Assembly (NCBI GenBank): GCA_964611585.1
Contig: CAZTAK010000002.1
Location: forward strand, 9,563-73,393
DNA: 63,831 nucleotides
Direction: 5' to 3'
From: an uncultured Alphaproteobacteria bacterium
GTDB lineage: Bacteria > Pseudomonadota > Alphaproteobacteria > SHVP01
Shown here piece after piece: positions 55,494-63,080 of this stretch (position 1 is the first letter of the stretch; every line of letters starts with the position of its first letter). Under the pieces are notes generated by a model, which worked only from the letters and a program-made list of their open reading frames with translations, searched no databases and was not told the DNA's origin. The translations under genes and the position numbers were made by a program.

Positions 55494-55720
55494 GGCGTTT
55501 TGCCCGAAAACAAGGAAATTTCCAGCCCCTGCGGGACTGGCGGCGTCAGTGCCGGACGAGCCGCTCAATTTCGCGGCCGACAGCGGCCGGCAACGGGATG
55601 GTTCGGGCGTTTTGCCCCAATTGTTGGGTGTTTCGACCCCTGCGCCGCTTGCGGTGTCAGCGCCGGACGATTTGCTCGAATTCGACGTCGGCAGCGATCC
55701 GCAGCGTAACGATCCGGTCG
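55494..55720. repeat. diverged tandem duplication (two ~110-bp units) covering the 3-prime end of the FecR-cyclophilin gene
   Basis: Unit A (55494-55605) and unit B (55606-~55720) both start ggcgttttgccc and both contain tcag(t/c)gccggacga. 26 of the first 36 nt after the tcag match. Unit B carries the real stop (55657), and unit A carries a stranded copy. Confidence 0.8.
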
Positions 55721-56952
55721 GGCTCCGCCGGCGGCTGGCCGCGGACCAGCAAATCGGTGAATTCGATCCCGTAGATCACCTGCCCCCACACGGTGTAGCG
55801 GCCGTCGAGGTGGGCGGCGCGGCCAAGAATGATGAAGAACTGACTGTCGGCAGTGTTGAGCCGGCCAAGCTGGTGCTTCATGCCGACCGTGCCGCGGACG
55901 AAGGGCTGACCGGACAGCTCGGCCTCGAGCTGCTGGCCGCTGCCGCCAAAGCCGGTTGCGTCGGGATCGCCGGTTTCGGCGGCGAATCCGTCCACGACGT
56001 TATGAAACACAAGGCCGTCGTAGAACCCCTCGCGCACCAGTTCCTTGATTCGGGCGACGTGGTTGGGAGCGAGGTCGGGCCGCATTTCGATGACGAGGCG
56101 CCCGAGCAACAATTCCATCAGAAGCAGGTTTTCCCGGTCTTTGCCCGCGATCGCGGCAAGATATTCGGCGCCGGCGTCCTCAAGTGGCGCCTGGGCGAGC
56201 CGGGTCTCGGCGGCGGGCGGCGGCTCGGCAGGCTCCGCCTCGGTCCGCTCGGTGGGCGGTTCGGAGGCAGGTCCGGTATCGTCCGGCAGCAGCGAATCCA
56301 AGCGCGCAGCCGCCGCTACCAATGCTGCCGTCGGCGCCGTCCCGACCACGGGCGCCGTCGCGGCGGTAACGCGCACCACTTCGCCGGCACCAACCCGCAC
56401 CGATCCCGTCGGCGACGTCACCTCGATCGAGCCCTCGTAGACCGCGATCTCGGTGGCACGGCTGGTCGCCAGCAGATCGAACTCGGTGCCGCGGATGCCG
56501 ATGGCCGCGGCGCGCGTGCTGACCGTGACGTCGAGGCCGCCCGGCCGGGCGCGGACCCGCATCAGGCCGCGGACAAGTTCGATGGTGCCGGAAAAGATGC
56601 TGGTTTCGGGGTTGCACACCAGCTCGTCGAGAAGGATTTCGGCACGTTCCCCCAAACGGAGATCGCTATCGTCGATAAACACAATCCTTGCAGCGCTTTC
56701 GACGCCGGTGCTGATCCGTTGCTGGAAGAGGATGGGATCGCCGCGGGCGATTCGCTTGTCGAGATTGTCGCCGAAAACGTTGCGGACGATGATGTCGGCA
56801 GCGCCGATTCTCTCGCCGGGTTCGGCCGCTCGGATGGGCGTCACACCTGACCAAAGCGCCATCAGCACGGCAAGACCTGCCGCACCTCTCACCGCTAGGC
56901 GCCCCAGTCCGGAAGAAACCGTCCGCCCAAACCCGACTCTCGCATTCTGCAT
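55657..56952 (-). CDS. secreted FecR-domain / cyclophilin-type peptidyl-prolyl isomerase fusion protein
   Basis: ORF 55657..56997, with ATG 56952 giving a signal peptide (…LAVLMALWSGVTPIRA-AEPG). The N-terminal half resembles FecR domains (…TSIFSGTIELVRGLMRVRA…IGIRGTEFDL…VYEGSIEV…). A Pro/Glu/Ala linker follows. The C-terminal half is a cyclophilin (FYDGLVFHNVVDGFAAETGDP…ADSQFFIILG…LDGRYTVWGQV). Confidence 0.75.
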   Translation of the reverse strand: MQNARVGFGRTVSSGLGRLAVRGAAGLAVLMALWSGVTPIRAAEPGERIGAADIIVRNVFGDNLDKRIARGDPILFQQRISTGVESAARIVFIDDSDLRLGERAEILLDELVCNPETSIFSGTIELVRGLMRVRARPGGLDVTVSTRAAAIGIRGTEFDLLATSRATEIAVYEGSIEVTSPTGSVRVGAGEVVRVTAATAPVVGTAPTAALVAAAARLDSLLPDDTGPASEPPTERTEAEPAEPPPAAETRLAQAPLEDAGAEYLAAIAGKDRENLLLMELLLGRLVIEMRPDLAPNHVARIKELVREGFYDGLVFHNVVDGFAAETGDPDATGFGGSGQQLEAELSGQPFVRGTVGMKHQLGRLNTADSQFFIILGRAAHLDGRYTVWGQVIYGIEFTDLLVRGQPPAEPDRIVTLRIAADVEFEQIVRR

Positions 56953-57112
56953 GGCGACATCCCCCAATGATGAATATCCCACAGCGAAAGAACGCAAAAA
57001 GAGGGCCAGACCCCGCGTTTCGTTTCAGCCCCAAAAACGGTTCGCCCGGCCCCGGGGATGTTGCGCGATGCCGGGTTAATTCTTCGTCAAGCGGCGCCGA
57101 TACGGGCTCCTG

Positions 57113-57247
57113 GAGCAGCATCCGTTCAGGTGGAATCGCCTTCGGCGATTGCTGAACGGATAAAGCTGCTCTACCTTCTTGAAAAGTAGAGCAATTTTAC
57201 CCGAAGGACTTGAACCGCACCGGTTCAATCCCTGCGGATATTGCTCT
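57113..57247. other. cluster of three serially overlapping stem-loops
   Basis: - Stem-loop 1 (57113-57171): GAGCAGC+ATCCGTTCAG pairs with CTGAACGGAT+(AAA bulge)+GCTGCTC. It encloses the hairpin AATCGCC-ttc-GGCGATT.
- Stem-loop 2 (57168-57192): GCTCTAC-11 nt-GTAGAGC.
- Stem-loop 3 (57188-57247): AGAGCAAT...ATTGCTCT. It encloses TTGAACCG-cac-CGGTTCAA.
- Neighbouring stems share nucleotides. Confidence 0.6.
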
Positions 57248-57269
57248 AGCCCTCGCGCCCTTCGGGGCC

Positions 57270-57362
57270 TCAGCCGACGCGGGTTTTCAGGTCGCGCAGC
57301 ATCTGCGGCAGAATCTCGTTGAGGTCCTCAGAAACCAGCCCGGGCCCTAAGGCCCGCGCCGG
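57270..57362 (-). pseudogene. stranded 30-codon remnant of an nnr (NAD(P)H-hydrate dehydratase) C-terminus
   Basis: The frame directly after the malonyl-CoA decarboxylase stop translates as PARALGPGLVSEDLNEILPQMLRDLKTRVG-stop. The live Nnr C-terminus is AARAFGPGLISEDLNEMLPQVLRQLKERAE-stop, giving 21 of 29 aligned residues identical. There is no upstream coding body. Confidence 0.75.
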
Positions 57363-58832
57363 CTACGTCTTCAACAGGTTGCGAACCGGCGCTGCCGCCG
57401 CGACCTCGCGCGCGCGCATGTAACGCTCGTGGTTGGGCTCGATTTCGGCGAGATCGTAAAGATAGTTCACCATCAGCCCGGCCGATTGACGAAGCCCTTT
57501 GGCCGAACTGTCGGCGGCCCAGTTCAGGCTTTCGACGCGGGCGCCGTTGGTGAGATGGAAGTGGGCGACGCGATCGAGCGCGGCGCCTTCACTGGCCGCC
57601 GTCTCGCCCTTGGCGCCGCTGCGCCCATCGCTAGTACCGACGCGGCGCTCTTCGAGCAGGTAACGGGCGCAGAGACGCATCAGCGGCGCCTGGACCGCCG
57701 CGGCCAGTGTCTCATCGTCGAGCCAGCCGTCCTGTGTCAGCACATTGCGCAATGCAGTGGCGCCATCGATGCGCCCGGTGGCCCGTTCGAGTCCCTGAAT
57801 CTCGCTGTCGGTCAGCAGGCCCTCTCCACCTTCGGCAAGCCGCGGATCGAGCCATTTGCGGAACCCGGGTATCGGCGACAGCGTCGCAAACGTCGTCAGA
57901 TTGGGCAGCCGCGCCTTCAGATCATCGACCACCCGCTTGATCAGAAAGTCGCCGAAACTGACACCCGCCAAGCCGGCCTGAGCGCTCGAGATGGAATAGA
58001 AGATGGCCGTATCGGCGGTCTCCGGGTCGGCGGCCGGCGCGGCTTCGTCAAGCAGATCCTGGATATTGCCAGCGAGGCCCGTAACCAGCGCCACTTCAAC
58101 GAAGATCAGCGGCTCGTCGGGCATCCGCGGATGAAAGAAGGCGTAACAGCTCCGGTCCGAATCGAGGCGGTTCTTAAGGTCGTCCCACGAGCGGATCTCG
58201 TGCACGGCCTCGTAGGCGATCAGCTTTTCGAGTAACGAGGCAGGCTCGTCCCAACTGATGCGGCGGAGTTCGAGAAAGCCGACATCGAACCAGCTCGCCA
58301 GCAGGTCGCGCAAGTCACCGTCGAGTCCGGCAAAGGCGCTATCGCTACGCGCCAGCCGGCGCACATCGGCCCGCATGTTGACGAGGAACTTGAGACCCTC
58401 GGGCAAAATATTGAACTGCCGCAGCATGTGGCGCCGGGGCGGCTCGAGCGCCTGGCGCAAGCGCGCCTCGGCGCCCTGTCTTGCGGCCTCGCCGTCAGTC
58501 TCGTGCCAGTCCGTGATGGCGGCCCCGACATCGCCGCCGTCGGCGGCAAAGCCCTCCGCCAGTATGGTCAAGAAACGCTCGCGCCCGGTCGGGCTGAGAT
58601 CGAGGTAGGTGCGCCCGAGATCGGCGGCGCGGGCCCGGCCCGTGACCTCGCCGCCGCGCTCGACGATACAGGCTTCGATCTGATCGCGCAGGCGTTCCGC
58701 GTCTTCGTCCGGAAGATCGGCATCGAAGCGCCCCGAGTTGCGGTCGCGCAAGGGCGACGACAATTCGTGCCAGAGGCGGGCAAGACGCATTCGGGTGCGC
58801 GGCAGGAGGCTCCAGTTTCGGCGATCGTTCAT
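57363..58832 (-). CDS. malonyl-CoA decarboxylase
   Basis: ORF 57363..59288 trimmed to ATG 58832 (MNDRRNWSLL...), because the first 152 codons overlap nnr out of frame and are Arg/Gly-rich. MCD-family core FYSISSAQAGLAGVSFGDFLIKRVV and ATLSPIPGFRKWL. Confidence 0.85.
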   Translation of the reverse strand: MNDRRNWSLLPRTRMRLARLWHELSSPLRDRNSGRFDADLPDEDAERLRDQIEACIVERGGEVTGRARAADLGRTYLDLSPTGRERFLTILAEGFAADGGDVGAAITDWHETDGEAARQGAEARLRQALEPPRRHMLRQFNILPEGLKFLVNMRADVRRLARSDSAFAGLDGDLRDLLASWFDVGFLELRRISWDEPASLLEKLIAYEAVHEIRSWDDLKNRLDSDRSCYAFFHPRMPDEPLIFVEVALVTGLAGNIQDLLDEAAPAADPETADTAIFYSISSAQAGLAGVSFGDFLIKRVVDDLKARLPNLTTFATLSPIPGFRKWLDPRLAEGGEGLLTDSEIQGLERATGRIDGATALRNVLTQDGWLDDETLAAAVQAPLMRLCARYLLEERRVGTSDGRSGAKGETAASEGAALDRVAHFHLTNGARVESLNWAADSSAKGLRQSAGLMVNYLYDLAEIEPNHERYMRAREVAAAAPVRNLLKT

Positions 58833-58891
58833 GGGTGATGTGCCCAACGGGGGCGAGAAGCCACAACAGGCCCGCGCCTGGTCGGCGATTC

Positions 58892-60418
58892 CTACTCGGC
58901 ACGCTCCTTCAGTTGGCGGAGCACCTGCGGCAGCATCTCGTTGAGGTCCTCGGAAATCAAGCCCGGCCCGAAGGCGCGCGCGGCCTCGCCATGAAGCCAC
59001 GCCGCCGCGCAGGCCGCCGTAAAGGCATCCAGACCTTGCGCCAGCAGCGCCACCGCCATGCCGGCCAGCACATCCCCGGCACCGGCAGTGGCAAGGTCGG
59101 GGGGCGCGTTGGCGTTGATGACCGCGCGTCCGTCGGGCGCCGCGATGACGGTATCGGCGCCCTTGTAGAGGACCGCCGCGCCCGACAGGGCGGCCGCCGC
59201 CCGGGTCTGGGTCAGTTTGCCGGTCCGGTTGCCGGCCCCGACCCCGAACAGACGCGAAAACTCGCCCGTATGGGGCGTCAGAAGACAATTCTCGCGCAGC
59301 GCCGCGAACAGGGCACCGGCGTCGTCCTGGAACACCGTGAGGGCATCGGCGTCAAGCACGCAGGCCTTGCCGAGAGCGAGCGCGGAAAGAACGTTCTGCC
59401 GCGTCTCGGGGGTCACGCCGTTGCCGGGTCCGAGTAGAACTGCGTTTCGCCTTTTATCTGAAAGAAAGTCGATAAAGCCTTGGTTTGTCTCATAACTTGC
59501 TGTCATTATCGCCGCCAGCGTAGGAGCGTTGACGGCCGTGGCTTCGCGCGGACCGAGCACGCCCACCAGGCCCGCCCCGGTTCGCAGCGCCGCCCGCGCC
59601 GCCAGCCGGGCGGCGCCCGTCATCTCGGGATTGCTGGCAACGACAACGGCATAGCCGCGGTCGTACTTTTGGCCGTCGGGCCGGGGCCAGGGGTAGCGGT
59701 CGAGCCAAAGCTCCGGATCGTTGGCGAGCGTCGCGGCCGGCAGCGCCGCCAGCACCGAATCGGGCGTGCCGATATCGGCGGCCACGGTCTCGCCGCAGTA
59801 ATGCCGTCCGGGCATCAGCACGTGTCCGGTCTTGCGGGTAACGAAGGTGACGGTGACGTCGGCAACGGGCGCGATCCCCAGCACCTCGCCGGTATCGCCG
59901 TGAACGCCCGAAGGCATGTCGACGGCCGCCACCGGCAGGCCGCGCTCGACAACCGCTTCAAGGGCCTCGCGGGCAGCACCGCCGACCTCCCGCGTCAGGC
60001 CGGCGCCGAACAGCGCGTCGATCACCAGTCCGGCGCCGTCGAGGACCGCCGGACCCATCGCCTCGACCGGCCCGGTCCAGCGCTTCGCCATCGCGCGGGC
60101 CTCGTTCTTGAGGGCGTTGTTTTTTCCGAGAAGGGCGAGCCGGACCTCCCAGCCCGCTTCGGCAAGATGGCGGGCAGCGACAAACCCGTCGCCGCCATTG
60201 TTGCCGGGCCCGCACAGCACCGCGACCGGGCAGCGCGCATAGCGCCGCACGATGTGAACGGCAACCGCAGCGCCGGCCGCCTCCATCAGTGTCTTGCCGT
60301 TGACGCCCGCGGCCACCGACGCCTCGTCGGCGGCGGTCATTTCGGCCACGCTGAGAAGGAGATGCCGCCGCAAATTGACTGCTGCTGTCATTACTACCGA
60401 AGGGGTCTGGACTGCCAA
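58892..60418 (-). CDS. nnr: bifunctional NAD(P)H-hydrate repair enzyme Nnr (epimerase / ADP-dependent dehydratase)
   Basis: 508-aa ORF (alternative ATG 60391). N-terminal YjeF_N-like half (GPGNNGGDGFVAARHL) and C-terminal carbohydrate-kinase-like half (…LLGPGNG…GAGDVLAGM…). Confidence 0.88.
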   Translation of the reverse strand: MAVQTPSVVMTAAVNLRRHLLLSVAEMTAADEASVAAGVNGKTLMEAAGAAVAVHIVRRYARCPVAVLCGPGNNGGDGFVAARHLAEAGWEVRLALLGKNNALKNEARAMAKRWTGPVEAMGPAVLDGAGLVIDALFGAGLTREVGGAAREALEAVVERGLPVAAVDMPSGVHGDTGEVLGIAPVADVTVTFVTRKTGHVLMPGRHYCGETVAADIGTPDSVLAALPAATLANDPELWLDRYPWPRPDGQKYDRGYAVVVASNPEMTGAARLAARAALRTGAGLVGVLGPREATAVNAPTLAAIMTASYETNQGFIDFLSDKRRNAVLLGPGNGVTPETRQNVLSALALGKACVLDADALTVFQDDAGALFAALRENCLLTPHTGEFSRLFGVGAGNRTGKLTQTRAAAALSGAAVLYKGADTVIAAPDGRAVINANAPPDLATAGAGDVLAGMAVALLAQGLDAFTAACAAAWLHGEAARAFGPGLISEDLNEMLPQVLRQLKERAE

Positions 60419-60504
60419 AGGAGTGGGCTACCGGGTGGGCAAGAGGTGCTGGTTAGGTGAGCGCTGCCGGTTGGGTCGGCCGGTGAAGCGGGCCCCGAGG
60501 GCTC

Positions 60505-61224
60505 TTACACGGCCCGCCGGGGGCGCCGGTAGAGCCGTACGCGCATCAGGTTGTCGAACCGGTACTCGCCGTCCACCGCGCCGGCCGCGAACCGGGTGCG
60601 TATCTCGTCCGAATCGATCGCCGCCGCTTTGTGATCGTTGAAGGTATTGCCCAGAAGGCGTTGTCTGAAGGTTTCGAAATCGGGGTAGACGTTGGTGATT
60701 GTGTACCAGTATTCGTCTACGTCATCGAACAGCCGGTCGGCGGTGCGGGAAAGTGCCGCCAGTGCCTGCGCCCTGACCACGGTTTCATCGTGAACCGGCT
60801 TGATCATTTGCGAGAACGGACTGCGGATATCGGGTTCCAAAAAGTAGGCAAACCCGTCCGGCTTGAGCACGCGCGCAGTTTCGCGCAACGCCATATCCAT
60901 CGCCTCGGCCGGTACGTGGTGCAGCGACTTGCTGAAGAAGACGCCGTCCACCGAGCCGTCTTCGCACGGCATCGCCTCGGCCCGGCCTTCGATCAGGGTC
61001 ACGCCTTCGGGCATTTCGGCGGTCTTGTTCTTTTCGGCCTGCACCGGGTCCGGTTCGAGCCCGAGAACGGTGGCCCCCCTTTTCGCCAGGGCTTTCGCGA
61101 GCCCGCCGTTGAAGGTGCCGACGTCGACGATGTCGAGACCCGCCACCGAAATCAGCCGGTCGATGACGTCGATGTCCCGGGCGCGGCCAAGATCGTTGGG
61201 AAGATCGAGTTCTTCGAGTGCCAT
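60505..61224 (-). CDS. class I SAM-dependent methyltransferase
   Basis: ORF 60505..61260, with ATG 61224 (MALEELDLPN...) preferred. Rossmann-like IVDVGTFNGGLAKALAKRGATVLGLEPD and the downstream DGVFFSKSLHHV motif. Motif I is non-canonical (GTFNGG). Confidence 0.7.
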   Translation of the reverse strand: MALEELDLPNDLGRARDIDVIDRLISVAGLDIVDVGTFNGGLAKALAKRGATVLGLEPDPVQAEKNKTAEMPEGVTLIEGRAEAMPCEDGSVDGVFFSKSLHHVPAEAMDMALRETARVLKPDGFAYFLEPDIRSPFSQMIKPVHDETVVRAQALAALSRTADRLFDDVDEYWYTITNVYPDFETFRQRLLGNTFNDHKAAAIDSDEIRTRFAAGAVDGEYRFDNLMRVRLYRRPRRAV

Positions 61225-61424
61225 GAATGAAGTCGGTCCCTTAATTTCGCAGGCCCCCAAGTCTTCACAGGTGTCAGCGTCGCGCGCACACTATAGCGCA
61301 GCGCACAGGCGTCGCAAAAGCGGGGCCGCCGCCAGGTTGACGCTGCGGATGCCGCGCCCGAATGCCGACGACCGTCGCGGGCGGAGCGGAACCGCACCTG
61401 CGACGGGATGATCGAGGAACAGGG

Positions 61425-61505
61425 ATGGCGAATCTGGACTCCACCGAAACCGAGCTGGTGCTCGACTACCTCTCGACCTGCTACGGCGGCGACACGCCGC
61501 GCTAA
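61425..61505 (+). CDS. candidate 26-aa small ORF (MANLDSTETELVLDYLSTCYGGDTPR)
   Basis: ATG is preceded by GAGGA with 6-nt spacing. 24 of 26 codons end in G/C. Its TAA stop overlaps the TAG of the convergent amidase gene. No family recognised, and it could be a remnant. Confidence 0.35.
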   Translation: MANLDSTETELVLDYLSTCYGGDTPR

Positions 61506-62890
61506 AGCGGTGGCGTTGCGGCTGGTCCCACCTCGCGCTCGAAAGCGGCGGCAGCGCGCAGTACCAGATCGTCGCGCCCGACCGGTGCAACAATTTGCAT
61601 TCCAACCGGAAGGCCGGCGGCGGTGAACCCGCACGGCACACTGATCGCCGGCTGGCCGCCGATGTTGAAGGGATAAAGGCACGGGGTCCAATTCTCCCAG
61701 TCGCCGTCTTCGTCCTGGTCCGGCCACGCGCGCCCGACCGGAAACGCGGCAACCGATGTGGCCGCGGTGACGAGCACGTCGCAGTTCTCGAAGACCTGCT
61801 CGACTTCGTGCGCGTACTCCAGCGCCCGCACCGCCGCCCGGACATAGTCCGCACCGCTCACGTTCTCCCCCAGTTCGGCAATTCGCAGCACCAGCTTTTC
61901 GAGATCGCCGCGCAGTCTTTCGGGGACAGCGGCGACCTTCTGCGAGATCAGGCTGAAAAAGAGGGTGCGGAACAGATCGAGGGGATCGTCGAGGCGGGGA
62001 TCGACCGTCTCGACGGACGCGCCGGCATCCGTGAATACCTGCGCCGCCCCTTCTACAAGGGCCGCGGTCTCCGGCTTCAGTTTACCGAAACCAAGGCCCG
62101 TGCTGATGCCGATGCGAAGACCGCCGACGCCCGTTTCGAGTTCCGCCGCCCCCACCGGCGCGGCGGGACGGGCCAAGGGGTCGCGCCGATCCGGCTGCCC
62201 GATCACGGCCAACATGCGCGCCGTATCGCCCGCAGTCCGCGCCATCGGGCCCGCCGTCGCGAGGTGCGCCCAAGCCGAGGGCGGCCAGGCGGGAACGGTG
62301 CGCCCACTCGGTTTCATCCCGAAGACGCCGCAGAAACTGGCCGGGGTCCGGCACGAGCCGCCACCATCGGACCCGAGCGCCAGAGTCCCCATGCCTGCGG
62401 CGAGCGCCACGGCGGCGCCGCCGGAGGACCCGCCCGCCGCCATGTCGGGGTTCCAGGGGTTGCGGGTAATGCCATGACGGCGGCTTTCGGTGACGCCTTT
62501 GTGGCCCCATTCGGGGGTCGTGGTCTTACCGATCAGGACGGCGCCGGCTTCACGCAGGCGCGCCACCGGCGGCGCGTCGGCGGCGGCGGGCGTGTCGGGT
62601 GCCGCCAGCGATCCCATCAGCGTCGGCCAGCCCCGGACATCGAACAGATCCTTGATCGAAACGGAAATCCCGTGGAGCGCACCGGCCGGCTCGCCGGAGT
62701 GCCAGCGCTTTTCCGATTCTTTTGCCGCCGCCCGCGCCTCGTCAACGGCAACGAGGCAAAAGGCGTTCAATTCCCCGTCGAGCTTTTCGATGCGGTCCAA
62801 ACTCGCCTCGACCGCCTCGACCGGCGACAAGGTCTTCGCGGCAAAGGCGGCAAGCAATTCCGCCGCCCCCATTTGATGAAGCTCACTCAT
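61502..62890 (-). CDS. amidase (amidase-signature family, GatA-like)
   Basis: 462-aa ORF with the amidase signature GGSSGGAAVALAAGMGTLALGSDGGGSCRTPA. Confidence 0.88.
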   Translation of the reverse strand: MSELHQMGAAELLAAFAAKTLSPVEAVEASLDRIEKLDGELNAFCLVAVDEARAAAKESEKRWHSGEPAGALHGISVSIKDLFDVRGWPTLMGSLAAPDTPAAADAPPVARLREAGAVLIGKTTTPEWGHKGVTESRRHGITRNPWNPDMAAGGSSGGAAVALAAGMGTLALGSDGGGSCRTPASFCGVFGMKPSGRTVPAWPPSAWAHLATAGPMARTAGDTARMLAVIGQPDRRDPLARPAAPVGAAELETGVGGLRIGISTGLGFGKLKPETAALVEGAAQVFTDAGASVETVDPRLDDPLDLFRTLFFSLISQKVAAVPERLRGDLEKLVLRIAELGENVSGADYVRAAVRALEYAHEVEQVFENCDVLVTAATSVAAFPVGRAWPDQDEDGDWENWTPCLYPFNIGGQPAISVPCGFTAAGLPVGMQIVAPVGRDDLVLRAAAAFEREVGPAATPPL

Positions 62891-63080
62891 GGTTCTGCGT
62901 CCCTCAACGTTCTGCGTCCCTCAACCGCTTGCGCGCCGCCGCCACGGTTCAACCTGGCCGAACGTAGGGCGCAAACGTCGGAGGGGGCCTCCCGCCCCGG
63001 CGGGTCGCCGCACCCTTGTTGTCACATCGCCGGAGACGAAGGGTCCGTTCCCGCCCCGGCCCGCGTTGGCTTCGTCGCGC

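Noticed and set aside
57205-57235. tRNA-like T-loop motif (GGTTCAATCC on the plus strand, GGTTCAAGTCC on the minus strand), suggesting a tRNA or tRNA fragment.
   Set aside because: The flanking bases do not form a 5-bp T-stem, and no acceptor, D or anticodon arm can be drawn on either strand. It is treated as part of the stem-loop cluster instead.
58833-59288. 152-codon N-terminal extension of the malonyl-CoA decarboxylase ORF, giving a 641-aa product.
   Set aside because: The extension overlaps the nnr 3-prime half in another frame and is Arg/Gly-rich. MCD homology starts only after the ATG at 58832.
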